A stretch of DNA of 64,000 nucleotides, from positions 9,915,768-9,979,767 of the forward strand of contig NC_057757.1 in assembly GCF_004010195.1 (NCBI RefSeq). The letters are read 5' to 3'. The stretch is from Chiloscyllium plagiosum. Taxonomy: Eukaryota. The notes under the pieces were generated by a model. That model did no database searches, was not told where the DNA came from, and saw nothing but the letters and a program-made list of their open reading frames with translations. Position numbers and translations under genes: made by a program. Each line of letters begins with the position of its first letter. The first letter of the stretch is position 1. Below are positions 1 to 13,000 of this stretch, in pieces.

Positions 1-304
1 AGGTTGGAGCGCAGAGCTGGTCGGGAAGGTAAGTGATTGATATATAAAGAACTTACCTCGATGCCAACGGTCTTTTCACAGCAGAGAGCGGCGCGAGCTG
101 GGCGGAAGTGAGGTTGGAGCACAGAGCTGGTCGGGAAGATAAGTGATTGATACTTGAGTGGGTGTGTTCTAGACCCCAGGCCCTACATAGTAAGTCCGTT
201 GGCGTCGAGGTAAGTTCTTTATATATCAATCACTTACCTTCCCGACCAGCTCTGCGCTCCAACCTCACTTCCGCCCAGCTCACGTCGCTCTCTGCTGTGA
301 AAAA
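1..304. repeat. 110-bp CpG-containing unit in tandem (1-152) plus an inverted copy (196-304); probably the 5' UTR of a CR1-type LINE inserted into L1 ORF2
   Basis: AGGTTGGAGC(G/A)CAGAGCTGGTCGGGAAG(G/A)TAAGTGATTGATA occurs at 1 and 111, and 196-304 is the reverse complement of the unit. The GGGAAGGTRAGTGA motif also occurs in the 5' UTR of the CR1 at about 58600 (minus). Confidence 0.75.
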
Positions 305-2795
305 TTGGCTTTGAACAGCCGATCCAGAACTGGAGTAATGCATATGCCCAAATACACAAAACCCCTCTGTGACCACTTAAATGAGAATCCATAGTCACCT
401 TCAAGAGCTGGTTCCTTCGTAAAACCACCCATAGTCTCTGATTTCGCAAAATTAATCTTAGATTCACTACAGTGTCGAAACAGTCCACACTGACCCTCCG
501 AAGAGAAACCCACCCAGACCCATTGCCCTACATTCACCCCTGACTAATGCACCTAACACTATGGACAACTTAGCATGGCCAATTAACCTAACCTGCACAT
601 CTTTGGACTGTGGGAGGAAACCATATCTTGTACCCCGAAAAAGCGCCAAACGCGCAGATGCATTGTATCAGGCGAGGCACTGAAACTGCTGGATTTGTGA
701 AAGAAATTAGGATATCGTCTGCATACAACAAAATCTTATGTAATTTTGATTTCACTTTTGGAGCTGGTATATTGCGATCCCCACGAATGGCCTCTGTCAA
801 TGGTTCAATCACCCCCAAGGTAAAAAGCAACAGTGAAAGGAGACAGCCCTGCCAGCTGCCCCTAAAAATATTAAAATTATTTGAATGCACCACATTGGTG
901 ATGACGGCAGCGAGAGGGCCACCGTAGAGAACCTTTACCCATCTTATAAAGACTTCGCCCAAGCCAAACCGCTCCAGAGTATAGAAAAGGTATGGCCACT
1001 CAACTCGGTCAAATGCCTTCTCTGCATCTAGAGAAATCACCAATCCCTGTATTGACTATTGTTGACATGCTTGAATTGCATTAAGCAGCCTCCTAACATT
1101 ATTGGAGGATCTGTGACCCTTAATGTAGCCTGTCTGATCCTCTTTAATAATAGAAGGTAACACAGTCTCCAGCCTTAATGTGAGAGTCTTGAAGAGGATT
1201 TTAAAGTCCACATTTAAGAGCAAAATGGGTCTGTACGAAGCACAGTCTTCCAGATCCTTCACTTTTTAAAGATAAGTGAAATATTGGCCTCTCTCAGAGA
1301 TAGTGGAGACAATCATGACGGTAGGAATCATTAAACATATTGAGCATCGGGCCTGACAGTATACTTATAAATTCCTTACAGAATTCAATGGGAAGGACCG
1401 GGCACCTTTCCATTCTGAAGCTGCCTCACAGTTTCCTGCACTTCTTGGTCTGATAAACGGGACTGTTGTTCGGGAGTCATACCCGGGAGCTTCAGATCCC
1501 TAAAAAAGGATTCCATTTTGGCCTGCCCCTCCTCACAGTCCTCAGATTGGTATAACTTAGAGTAAAATCTCTGGAATGGCATATTAATCTTTTTGGAGTC
1601 ACATGTTAGATTCCCAGACCCTTCCCTAATCGCTGTGATGGCTTGTGGGGCACTCCATTTTCTGGCGAGATATGCTAAGTATTTGCCTGGCCTGTCACCA
1701 TGCTCATATAACCTTTGCTTTGCAAAAGCCAGTGCCTTCTTTGCCATCTGTGTGAGCACAGAATTCAATGCAGACCACAGTGCCATAATCCTCTGTACTT
1801 GACCAACGAGGGCCTGTTAAAATAAGCTTTCTTGGCCGTGCTTTGAGGAGACGTTGCTGCTCACCCTTCTGCCTCTTCCTACTGGCAGAATCTGAAATAA
1901 CTAACCCCCTAACATTGGTTTGGCAGTTTCCCAGAAAACGGATGAACTATCAACTGAGCCTATGTTGAAGTTTAGGGACGTCTGAAATTCTCTAGAGAAA
2001 TACTCCACAAACGTATTATCCTTGAGGATAAAGGGATCCATTCGCCAGTACCTCAAACCCACTGTAACATCCTTAATCTTAACCATAAAGTACACTGAAA
2101 CATGATCAGAGATGGTAATATTGCCAATCATAAAAGATGCCACCAAATCCAGGGTTACCGCAGGGGTCAGAAAAAAAAGCAATCCTAGTGTGACATCTGT
2201 GCGATTGGAGAAAAACGTAAAATCCCTATCTGTAGGGTGGAGACACCTCCAGACATCCATCGACCCTAACTCCCCACACAGTCCCATTAACTGTTTAGTT
2301 TGTACAGAGGGTGTCGAGGGACCTTTGGACAACCTGTCTATTGTGGGATCCATGAGTCAGTTAAAATCTCCCCCTATAATGATGTGCCGGGACTCGAGAC
2401 TGATCAGTTTAGAAAAAGCGTCCACCAAAATTTTTAAGGGGATGAGCTGGAGGGCAATAAACATTTAAAACACCATATTCTTCCCCATTTATCAAGGCTT
2501 TAAGAATTACAAACTTCCCGTCTGTGTCTTTAACACACTCTAACAACTTAAATGGGAGAATCTTCCGAACCAATATATCCAGTCCCCTACTTCTGGTATT
2601 AAATGATGAAAAATAAACTCGGTCAAAGCCATTCTGTTGTAATTTCAGATGCTCCTTGTCATCCAAATGTGTCTCCTGCAACAAAGCAATATCCATATTC
2701 TCCTTTCCAAGACTCAAGAGTACCTTCTTCCTCTTAATTGGTGAGTGAGTTCCTATGATATTCCAGGTACACCATTTAATCAAATCATTAGCCAT
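301..2795 (-). pseudogene. L1 ORF2p (APE endonuclease plus reverse transcriptase), frameshifted
   Basis: Motifs WNIIG..KRKKV, DIALLQETHL, NVYCPP, ISDH, YRPILLLNVDFKIL, SLDAEKAFDRVEW, QGCLLS and LYADD are present. GYKI continues as INFAKSE..FVYLGI..LFKANF across the SINE insertion. Confidence 0.93.
460..624 (-). mobile_element. 5'-truncated HE1-type V-SINE inserted in L1 ORF2
   Basis: Matches the 3' half of the SINE copies elsewhere in the window. It is flanked by the direct repeat ATCTT at 455-459 and 625-629. Confidence 0.9.
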
Positions 2796-3382
2796 AATCT
2801 TCTGCAATAACATTTAAATTCCAGAGAGAAGGAACCAGAACCACAAACTACTGTCACATGATCCACCAAATATAAAAACTACATAAACTAAAACCACTAC
2901 GTTTAACAAACTTACAAACATATTGAAAATTAAAACAACAAAAGATAAAAAACAAACCAACATATAAAGCGCCAACAGCGCTGAGTAGGAGAACTCACCC
3001 CTGCCTAGAGGGGCAGCTACCCATCCCAAACTGCCCATAAGTAGCCATCTAACCATCCCAGCCACCTCCATTTCTCATAGCCAGAGCCCACTGCAAACAC
3101 AAGCATAAAAGAGTTAAAAACCCCTAGAATATCAATATGAATAAAAAATTATTTTTTTAAAAAAATGGGGAATAAATACCCCACCCATCCTTTGGTATAT
3201 CCTAACTTAGAAATTGAAAATGTACATTTCAAACGCCGCCAAACATAGTTTAAACCAGATTATTAATAATAGAAGAAAAAAAAATAAAGCTCCAACCGGA
3301 CTTCCTCCGTTTCTTTCACAGAATGATAAACACATACCCAAACAACACTATTTCTACATACTACAATTGTTCAAATTAGGTT

Positions 3383-4134
3383 AGAAGTCTCTTGCCTTCT
3401 CCAATGTGTCAAAGAGATGTATGGATCCATCTAAGGTGATCCGAGCACTGCCGGATACCTCAGGGAGATTTTCGTTTCTGGATCACCGCTGCTGAGAAGT
3501 CCTGAAAGAACATGATCTCAGAGGCCTCATAAATTAGAGCCTTCCAATCATTCGCCTGTATTCTGGAAGCCTCCGTGACTCTCTCTTTATCCCGGTAATG
3601 ATGGAACTGCACCAGGAGAAGACGAGGATGTTGACCCAGACCTGGTCTCCACACTGTGACCTGCTGAGCCCACTCTAACTTCAGTCCTCTCATGCCAGCC
3701 TCCAAGTCAAGGAATTTCAGCAGCCAATCCTCAACAAATTCTGCAGGCTGCTCACTTTTCTTGCCCTCAGGCAGACCAATCATACAAATGTTTTTTCCCC
3801 TGCCCCTGTTCTCAGGATCATCCACTTGGTGGTGCAAACTATGGACCTGCGTCTCCAGGGCTTGGATCCTATCCTTGAATGAACTGGCATCAGCTTCCAT
3901 CACTGTGATTCTGTGCTCCACCTCATCCGTCCTTTTCTCCAGGTCTCCCAGCTGCTGCTCATGCTTCTGCAGCATGACAGTGACTGGAGCCAGCTTCTCT
4001 TCAATCTGTTTCCCCAGCATCTCGCGAGATTTCGTGAGCTTGTTCACCAGGGCCTGGAAAGTAATCAGCTCTGAGGATCCTGCAGGCTGAACTGCAGACC
4101 CAGCTTCTGATGCTCCTGTTCCCTTTTTCGGCAT
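3383..4134 (-). pseudogene. L1 ORF1p (coiled-coil/RRM RNA-binding protein), open for 224 aa then disrupted
   Basis: ORF 3460..4134 has a heptad-like LEKRTDEVEHRITVME segment and DDPENRGRGKNICMIGLPEG, matching the L1 ORF1 DLENRSRRNN..GLPEG motif. A C-terminal remnant ITLDGSIHLFDTLEKARDF* lies near 3383. Confidence 0.9.
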
Positions 4135-4205
4135 CTCTGGACAACTGGAAACACAGTTAAGTTAATTTTTATAAGTTTCTTGGGACTCCACAATCTTTCC
4201 GGAGC

Positions 4206-4446
4206 GCCAAGATATCACGATGGCCTGGGTTGGGCAGGTTAAAGGATCGTCTTGCTTGTGCTGTGATGCGGATCTCTGCAATGCGATCTTCTTAGATCGC
4301 CGCCATCTTGGATTCCCTCCCCCCGCCAAGATATCACGATGGCCTGGGTTGGGCAGGTTAAAGGATCGTCTTGCTTGAGCTGCGATGCGGATCTCTGCAA
4401 TGCGATCTTCTTAGATCGCCGCCATCTTGGATTCCCTCCCCCCCCC
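4206..4446 (-). promoter_or_regulatory. L1 5' UTR made of two 119-bp monomers, each starting with a G-run followed by a YY1-type motif CAAGATGGCGG
   Basis: Near-identical units at 4206-4324 and 4325-4446. The minus strand begins GGGGGGGGAGGGAATCCAAGATGGCGGCG. Confidence 0.8.
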
Positions 4447-4610
4447 TGAACTGACATTGTTATCAGTAAATTTGTTTGGATTGCGAATCTCAGCAGCTGT
4501 CTTTACAATGGGGTGGCAACAAGTTACTCTCCAAGTAACAGTGATAATAAACTGTGATATCAAAGCATTCTTGAAAGCAGCTATTCTCCTCACTCTAGTC
4601 TGCTCCTTGT

Positions 4611-5395
4611 AGAGTCATAGATTCAGAGAGGTCCACAGCATCGAATCAGGCCCTTTGGCCCAACATGTTCATGTGCCCAGTTTTCACAATTAAGCTAGTC
4701 CCATTTGCGTGAGTTTGATCCATATCCTTCCATTCCTATCCCACCCATGTACTTGTCTACATGTTTCTCAAATGACAAAATTGAACTCATTTCCACCACT
4801 CCCTCTGTAACCTGTTCCAGACACTCATCACATTCTGTGTGAAATAAATGGAACCTTTTGTATCGCTCCCCTCTCACCTAAAACTCATGTCTTTTGATTT
4901 TAGACTCCCCTACCATGGGGAAAGCTGTTGGCTATCTACCTTATTTATGCCTCTCATCATTTTATAGATTTCTATAAGATCACCCCTCAGTCTCCTATGC
5001 TCCAAAGAAAAAGAATTCCCAGTCTAATCAGCATCTCCTTACAACTCAAACCTTCCAATCCATGTAGCATCCTAGTAAATCTTTTCTGCACTCATTTTAT
5101 ATTATTAACATCCTTCCTATAGTAGGGTGACCAGAACTGCACATAGTTCAGATACAGTGAGCTGAATGGCCCCTGTAACAATGTGAAGCTGTTTCCCTTG
5201 GACCACAGCAGTGCTGGAAAACATTTTCATGTTGTAGTTGAACGTTTTCCAATTGCGGCCTTACCAATGCCATGTGCAGCTGCAATAAGATGTCTCAACT
5301 CCTATACACACCACTCCTATACGCAATACTCCTATACACAATACTCTGATCAATAAAAGTAAACGTACCAAAAACCTTCTTCAACGCTTTCACTC
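4611..5395 (-). mobile_element. CR1 (HER1-like) LINE 3' fragment
   Basis: Has an (AGAGTCAT)-type tail and VRGERYKR-like C-terminal ORF2 remnants. Confidence 0.85.
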
Positions 5396-6079
5396 AAGCA
5401 GTACATTTTCTAGGGATTACAGACATCCAGACACAATGCAAGGGAGAAGTGCCCTCAGAATAAAGGCACTGCAACAGAAAAGCAATATTGGGCTGATGAA
5501 AGGTTAAGATAGAGTAGATTAATGGAGATGCCATTTTGGAGTGGCTGCTTTTTTTGGAAGTGAAGGTTGAACAGCTTCTGTGAATGAGTGTCTTTTGACA
5601 CTGTTTTGTAACCACAGCCAGATTTAGAGGTTGTTGGGTAATTAGGCTTTAAGTTCCAGGGCGGACCTAAAAAAATTGCAGAGGTCCTGTAAAGACAGTA
5701 AGAGGGAATCGAGAGGAGTAGGCTGCAGTGGGGAGGGGAAGGTGAATAATCACTGGGGAGCCTAATAGGGGCTAGCATGAAAATGATGTCAATAGAATGG
5801 TCTGGGTGGTCTCTTTAACAATACAATCGCAAGCAGTGTTGGAAAAGCACTTCCCACTTGTAGTTAAAACCTTTATTGAGTTGTTGGAGAAGCTGCGGTG
5901 CTATATTGGAAAGGCAGCTGAATTAAAGATTGAGATAAAGGCTGTGATATTCAGCAGTTTGCTGCTCATCACAGCAAGGAGACTTACCACAGTGTTCATG
6001 CATGGGGAGCACTGAGCAGCACATACCGTGTAACCCCCTGGACCGTGGCTGAAGGAGAAATGCTTGAATTGTTACAAAT

Positions 6080-6275
6080 GCTTCTTAGATCTGAGATGAG
6101 GAGAATTTCTATGTACTCTAAGGGTGCGGAATTCTCTATCATAGAGGCTTCAGAAGCTCAGACTTGGAGCATGTTTATGATTGGGAGATTTCTGGAACTG
6201 AACAGCCATGATTGTATTGAATGGCAGTGAGAGAAGCTGAGTGGGCTGAGTAGCCTACTCCTGTTTCCTATGTTG
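6080..6275 (+). mobile_element. Old CR1 3' end
   Basis: GAGATGAGGAGAATTT ... GGGCTGAGTAGCCTACTCCTGTTTCCTATGTT 3' UTR. Confidence 0.6.
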
Positions 6276-6714
6276 TTTCTATCTTTACATCTCCAGTTGC
6301 CTGGAGCTGAATCTTTAACCCAGCCTGAAACCTTGCCTACAATTTCTTCAGTTCATCCATGGGAACACAGACTCCCTTCAAACTATCTGCTCAAACTCAG
6401 CTAAAAGACTATAGGATTGTTGATACATACATTCACAGTTCCTTTCCATTCTGAGAGTGCTGATCCTGTGCTGAGGAGAAAAGATACAACTGCTGACATT
6501 TTGTCTGGCTGTATATAAGGACACAAAGAAAAAGTACATCTCCCTTACACCATTTGTTCAAGACATGTAGCAATCCGAAATGTGTTACTCTCTGCATGCC
6601 CAGTTCTGTGATTGGTTGGGTCTGAGTTGATGTCAGCTCTCAGGGACACAATGCCTACAAACATTTTCAAGCTGTCCCTTTTGACTGCTACACGATTTCC
6701 AAATCCTCCACATG

Positions 6715-7385
6715 GAGTCATGGAATATAGAGCTGTACAACATGGGAACAGACCCTTCGGTCCAACCTGCCCATGTCAACCAGATATCCCAAATTAATCT
6801 AGTCCTATTTGCCAACATTTGGCCCACATCCCTTCCTATTCATTTACCCATTCAAATGCCTTTTAAAAGATGTAATTGTACCAGCCTCCACCACCTCCTT
6901 TAGCATGCATCATCCTCTTCATGAAAACGTTGACCCTTAGGTTCCTTTTAAATCTTTCACCTCTCACCTTAAACCTATGCCTTCCAGTTTTTGACTCCCC
7001 TATCCTGGGGAAAAGACCTTGACTATTCACCCTACCTGTGCCCCTCATGATTTTATAAACCTCTATAAGGTCACCCCTCAGCCTCCGATGCTCCAGAGAA
7101 AACAGCTGCAGTCTATTCAGCCTCTCCCTATAGCTCAAAACCCCCCATCCCTGGCAACATCCTTGTAGTCATGATTCGGAGATGCCGGTGTTGGACTGGG
7201 GTGTACAAAGTTAAAAATCACACAACACCAGGTTATGTGCTTCCAATTAAACCTGTTGGACTATAACCTGATGTTGTGTGATTTTTAACTTTGAACATCC
7301 TTGTAAATCTTTTCTGAACCCTTTCAAGTTTCACAACACCTTTGGATAGCAAGGAGGCCAGAATTGAACGATGTACTCCAAATGT
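6715..7385 (-). mobile_element. CR1 3' fragment with a PLE hairpin insertion
   Basis: ORF remnant SYRERLNRLQLFSLEHRRLRGDLIEVYKIM. Confidence 0.9.
7168..7293 (-). mobile_element. Penelope-derived mini hairpin element (family B)
   Basis: Inverted arms CAAAGTTAAAAATCACACAACACCAGGTTAT and ATAACCTGATGTTGTGTGATTTTTAACTTTG, with the tail on the left. 12-bp TSD AACATCCTTGTA at 7156-7167 and 7294-7305. Confidence 0.85.
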
Positions 7386-8924
7386 GGAATGTTTATAAGC
7401 ATCACACAGGCACATCTACGTGCACTTCCAGGGCTCCCCACCTCCCTGAAAATGATGTAGCCTCATGGGAGCAAGAGGAGATGTGTGAGATTTTTAACAA
7501 GATTCTTCCTGCGAGTGCCTTGATTGTTTAAGCACTTTACCACTCAGAGTAATCCTCCGGATTCCAAAATGGTCTGTGTGTGCGCTCCAGTGGCACTGAA
7601 GGTATCAGTTGGCCTTGGCAGCCTTTATGAGGGTGCCTCTGTGTATGCATTGCTGCAGTACTGAAGGTTCCAGGTGCAATGATGTCAGCACCAGTGCATG
7701 CACAGACTGCCATGTCCTCATTCCACCTTCATTTGTATTTGAAAGTGACACCCAATACCCTGTGGTGCCTTGACCACTTCCTCTTGCACTGCCTCCCCAT
7801 TCCTCACCCCCATTTAGTCCAGAATAGGGGACATGTGCTTCGTGCTGTCAATTTCAATCCCATTTTAGTGGTTGATTTAGCAAAAATTGTTTCTTCAATT
7901 GCTGACTGTTTTGATTAATTATTTAACTCGCGGCAGTGCTGCAGTAAACAAGCTGTTGCTTTTCTGCCAGTCTTTTGTATTATTAATCTTCCAAATGTTT
8001 TCAGGGATCAGTCTACTGGACAACACCCAAATAACATGCAACCCCCAAAAAAAACTCCATCGTAACTGTCAGTTTTCTGTTTTGATTGAAATGTTTTCAC
8101 TTACTACAGTCATCATAAAAGTTTTCATCACTTCTGAATAACATTTGCTGTTTGAGTCACTAATGGTTGCCATTGGACCATTTGAATTAGTATTCAAATT
8201 AGATTTATTGTGACATGTATATCATGTGTGCCAAGTGTTGCCATACTCCTGCACCATCTTGAAACTCAGAATATAATGCAAACTTTTACTACAACAGAGT
8301 TAATCTTTCCCTCTTCTTCTTGTTACCCTCTGCTACTTCCCCATTCGCTGCTCGACCGTCCTCAACAAAAGCCTGGTTTGGGCATGTCCCTACCTCTGGC
8401 TCAAGAGACTCCAGGTTCAAGACTTGCCAGTTCCAGAGTTGTGTAATAACATCTTTGGACAGGTTGACTAGGAAAACAGCTGGGAAGCCCAACCCCAATG
8501 TGATTTTGTAAATACAGGCTCTTAGTCATTTCATTGCCTGTTTTAAGTGAAGTGGATTGACCATTGTGTTTGCACAAAAACCAAGCTAACAAATTCAATA
8601 GAGGCCAATCTGACTTTAATATCTCAATACAATTTCATGGTATTTCAGATATAATTATAGTCATCAATTTAGTAATTGATGAATAGTATTATCATTTCAA
8701 TCTCTTCAGGCCAGATTACAAACCTGGAAGACAGAGCCGATGATAGAATAAGACTGGGAATGTATGAGACTGGAGAAATGATTTCAGGAAATACAGTGCC
8801 TGAGGTGAAAGAGAAATGAGTGGTGGGAGACGACAGTGGGGAGGAGTAAGCAGTGAGAGAGAATGAAGGAGGGAAAGACACATGTTCACAGGTCCTGTGT
8901 ATGACTGGACAACTCGGTCAGAGG

Positions 8925-9835
8925 GTCATTGAGATGTACAGCACAGAAACAAACCCTTCCATCCAACACGTCAATGCTGACCAAATATTCTCCATTAATC
9001 TAATCCTATTTGCCAGCCTTTGGCCCATATCCCTATGAATCCTTTTTACTGATATACCATCCAGATGCCTTTCAAATTTGTAATTGTACCAGCCTCCACC
9101 ACATCCTCTGGTAGCTCATTCCATACATGCACCACTGTCTGCGTGAAAAAGTTGCCCCTTAGGTTCTTTTTAAAAGCTTTTTCCCTCTCTGACCCTAAAC
9201 CTATGCCCTCTAGTTTTGCACTTCCTTACCTTAGGGAAAAGACCTAGTCTATTCACCTTATGATGCCCCCTCATGATCTTATAAACTTCTGTAAGTTCCC
9301 TCCTCAGATTGCATTGCTCCAGTGAAAATAGCCCAGCCTATTCAGAATACTTATCCTTTCCATGCCCTTCATGGTTTAATAAACCTCAAAAAGGTCACCC
9401 CTTAGTTTCTGATGCTCCAGGGAAAATAACTCTAGTCTATTCAGTTTCTTCCTGTAGCTCAAACCCTCCAATCCTGGTAACATCCTTATAAATATTTTCT
9501 AACTCTTTCAAGTTTCACAACATCTTTCCTATAGCAGGGACACCAGAATGAATGCAATATTCCAAAAGTGGCCCAATTGATGTCCTGTACAGCTGCAACA
9601 TGACCTCCCAACTCCTATACTTGACCAATAAAGGAAAGCATACCAAACGCCTTCTTCACTATCCTGTCTACCTGCAACTCTATTTTCAAAGAGCTAAGAA
9701 CCTGCTCCCCAAGGTCTCTTTGTTCAGCAACAGTTCCCAGGCCTTGCCATTAACTGTCTAAGTCCTGCCCTGATTTGCCTTTCCAAAATGCAACACCTCA
9801 CAATTATATAAATTCAACTCCCCCTGCCATGCATC
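8925..9835 (-). mobile_element. CR1 3' fragments
   Basis: CR1 3' UTR and ORF2 C-terminal remnants, with about 100 bp represented twice near 9250-9440. Confidence 0.85.
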
Positions 9836-10904
9836 GCAACATGGGTGAGCTTTCAGCAAGAGGTGATGGATTGGGAGGTGCAAAGTTCTGAGGCCAGAGC
9901 AAAATGACACCTCTGTCTGTCGACTGCAGTGTATCACATTATAAACTCATACTCCTAGTTTGCAAAGTCAGATTTTCTTATTTGATTTCCAAATGACGTT
10001 TGTACTCTCGGGTATGGCCATCTCCTGACTTCTGCCTAGTTTGACATTTAGTGAATAGACAGTGATCATCAGCCAAAGCTTATCGCCACTGAGACTATAT
10101 GTGAATCAATAAAATCAGGGGCTCCTGTTTTGTCAGTGCTAACTGGTGCAAGTGCTCTGGAAGCAGATTAAACTTCCATCGCACAATATTTCTTAGCATT
10201 TCAAATGCGTACACAAGATGAAAGAATTTATAGGGCATTGATTTTCTTTTAATGGTCAACCATTACAGATGATCTTTTCAATATGGTTTATTGAGAACAA
10301 ACTTGCTGAGGTGGGGAGTAAGTAATTACAATGAGCTGTAAGTATGTCAGACCGGTGACAGAGCTGGGTACAAAGAATTGTGTTCGAATAAAACTGGCAT
10401 CTTGTCCAATTAAGATCAGTTGCTCCTATAATGAAGACGGATTAATTGTGATAGGGGTTTCTTTTGAATGTTAATCCATCGGAGGAGGTGGGCTGTAGTA
10501 ATTACAGGGAAATTACCAGCAGGAGACATTACAAAGCATCTGCTCTTCCGAAAAAGCAGAAACCTAATGAGCCAATTTCCACTTCCTGGTGGTAGAAGGA
10601 TGTCTTTCATTAGAATCACATTCATAGAGGCTCTGATGAAGAATAGATTGCCTCTGTCTGATTCCCCCCCAGATTAATTAATGAAAAAAAGGATGATAAT
10701 TTGAAATGAAACTCCTCATGAGTCTCCTTTTCTATTCCACACAGGTCTTTATATCGACCCCTTTTCTGTCATCATCAATGTGTTGGCATTAAATACTTTT
10801 CTTGTTATTACAAGCAGCTATGTTAGTCTGTGCTGAAAGAAGTCTGAGAGCAGTGTGTATCTCTCTAAATTCTGACAACCCAGCTCAGATAATCTGAAAA
10901 TACA

Positions 10905-11140
10905 ACCATCGAGGTATACAGCACAGAAACAGCAGATATAGAGTCATACAGTCAAATAGATATACAGCACGGTCCAACTCGGCCATGTCGACTAGATATC
11001 CCAGCCATCCTTTGACCCATATCCCTCCAAACCCTTCCTATTCATATACCCATCCAGATGCCTTTCAAATGTTGTAATTGTACCAGCCTCCACCACATCC
11101 TCTGGCAACTCATTCCATACATGTACCACCCTCTGCATTC
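10905..11140 (-). mobile_element. CR1 3' end
   Basis: Same sequence family as 8925-9150. Confidence 0.8.
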
Positions 11141-11277
11141 TGTTTCTCATTCACCGGTTTGACATCTTGGAATTTCTTGGCTGTTGAGGATTGGAGGGGA
11201 CCGTTCTTGATGCCTTTGGCACAACAGTTGTTAAATGTGAACATCTGAGCATGTTAAAACCATATGGAAGTGAGCAG

Positions 11278-11548
11278 TGAGAAGAGAAAGATTTAAGAGG
11301 GACCCAAGGGACAACTTTTTCACACGGGGGTGGTGCGTGTATGGAATGAGCTGCTGGAGGAAGTGGTGGAGGCTGGTACAATTGCAACAATAAGAGGCAT
11401 ATCTGGATGGGTATATGTATAGGAAGGGTTTAGAGGGATATGGGCCAAATGCTGGAAGATGGGACTAGATTAATTTAGGATATCTGGTCAACATGAATGA
11501 GCGGATCAAAGGGTTTGTTTCCATATTGTACATCTCTCTACTCTGTGA
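11278..11548 (+). mobile_element. CR1 3' end
   Basis: GAAAGATTTAAGAGGGACCC ... CTCTACTCTGTGATTC tail. Confidence 0.8.
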
Positions 11549-11934
11549 TTCAATCACTTAGATTTAAACTTTCTGTGCTTTTCATGAGGATCACTGGTTT
11601 GCCCCTCTGTGACACAAAGATTGGGCGAGATTTTCCTGAATCAGATTTAGAAAAGTTCACAAAGTACAACATAGCCAGTGAGCCTATTTTCACTTCAGTG
11701 CCTCTTTCTTATAGGGATACAATTATTTCAATGTTCTTACTCTTTGTACGATTCACATGGTTATCAGTAATTGGAGCTACCAGCCTAAGTAATCATAATT
11801 TAAATCCCACTAGTGCTTCTGATGGAATTTCAATAGAATGACTAAATCTGAAATTGAAAACTAGACTCAGTAATAGGGACCATGACAACTCACACTGGTT
11901 GTTATTAAAAAGCAACCTAGTTCCCTTAAAGACA

Positions 11935-13000
11935 GACTGGATTGGTTATTCCTGGAGTTTAAAACTGAGAGGGATCCCATAGGATCCTATTAAAATTTAA
12001 CAGGATTAGATGGTGCAAATGCAATCAGATTGATCCTAATGACCGGGGAGTCAAGAACCAGGGGCCATTGTCTCAGGCTATGGGATTGGTCATCTAGATG
12101 GAAAGACACTCCTGAGTGCTTTAGTGCATCCTTGTGCATGAATTGCAGAAAATTAGAATGCAGGTAATAAGGAAGGCAAATGGAATTTTGGCACTTATTA
12201 GAAAAGTAGGGGTAATGTTGCTGCAACTGTACGAGGCATTATTTGATGGTACCCAGAGTATTGCCTATGTTTTTGATCCCCTTACTTGAGGAGGGATGTA
12301 GTTGTATAGGATACAGTTCAGAGGAGGTTCACTAGCTTTATTCCAGATATGAGTGGCTTGTCTCATGAAGAGAAGTGGAGCAGTTTGGGCCCATAGTGTC
12401 TGGAGTTTAGAGGAATGAGAGGAGATCTCATTGAAGTGTATAAGATACCCCAAGAGCATTGACAGTGTAGATGGAGAGGGGGTATTTCCTCATGTGGGGC
12501 AATCTAGAAGGAGAGGTCCACATTTTAGGATGAGGAATAGTAGATTTAAAATAGCAATGAAGAAAAATTATTTCCCTCAATGCTACCCCAGAGTGTGTGG
12601 ATGCTGTAATACTGAGTAAATTTGAGGAGGAAATAGACTAGTAGTATGTTGAAGGGCTATGGAGGGTGGGCAGGAAAGTGGAGTTCAGGCCGAGATGAGA
12701 TCAGCCATGATCTAATAAAATGGCGGAGCTGTCTCGAGGGGCTGAATGGCCTACTGCGGCTCCTAGTTCTTATGAGGAGAAATTTCTTGACCCAGACAAT
12801 GGACAGCCTATTAAATCCTCTGCCACTGACAGTAGTTGAGGTCAAAACATTGAATGTTTTCAAGAAGAAGATAGGTGTAGTCCTTAGAGCCAAAGGGATT
12901 GGGGAGAAAGTAGGAACAAGGGGATGATCAACCATGATCATATTGAATGGCAGAGCAGACAGGAAGGGCCTGGTGCTACTCCTATATTCTATGTTTCACA
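11935..13000 (+). mobile_element. Nested CR1 3' fragments interrupting a tRNA-derived SINE (about 11760-11925 and 13000-13190)
   Basis: RGDLIEVYK-type remnants. The SINE pieces match the family at 27483-27676. Confidence 0.7.

Larger units (their letters stand above)
301..4446 (-). mobile_element. L1-clade non-LTR retrotransposon, 5' end intact, decayed, interrupted at the left
   Basis: In order on the minus strand: tandem 5' UTR, ORF1 (coiled coil plus ENRGRGKNI..GLPEG), a spacer, then ORF2 with APE endonuclease and RT motifs. Confidence 0.95.
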
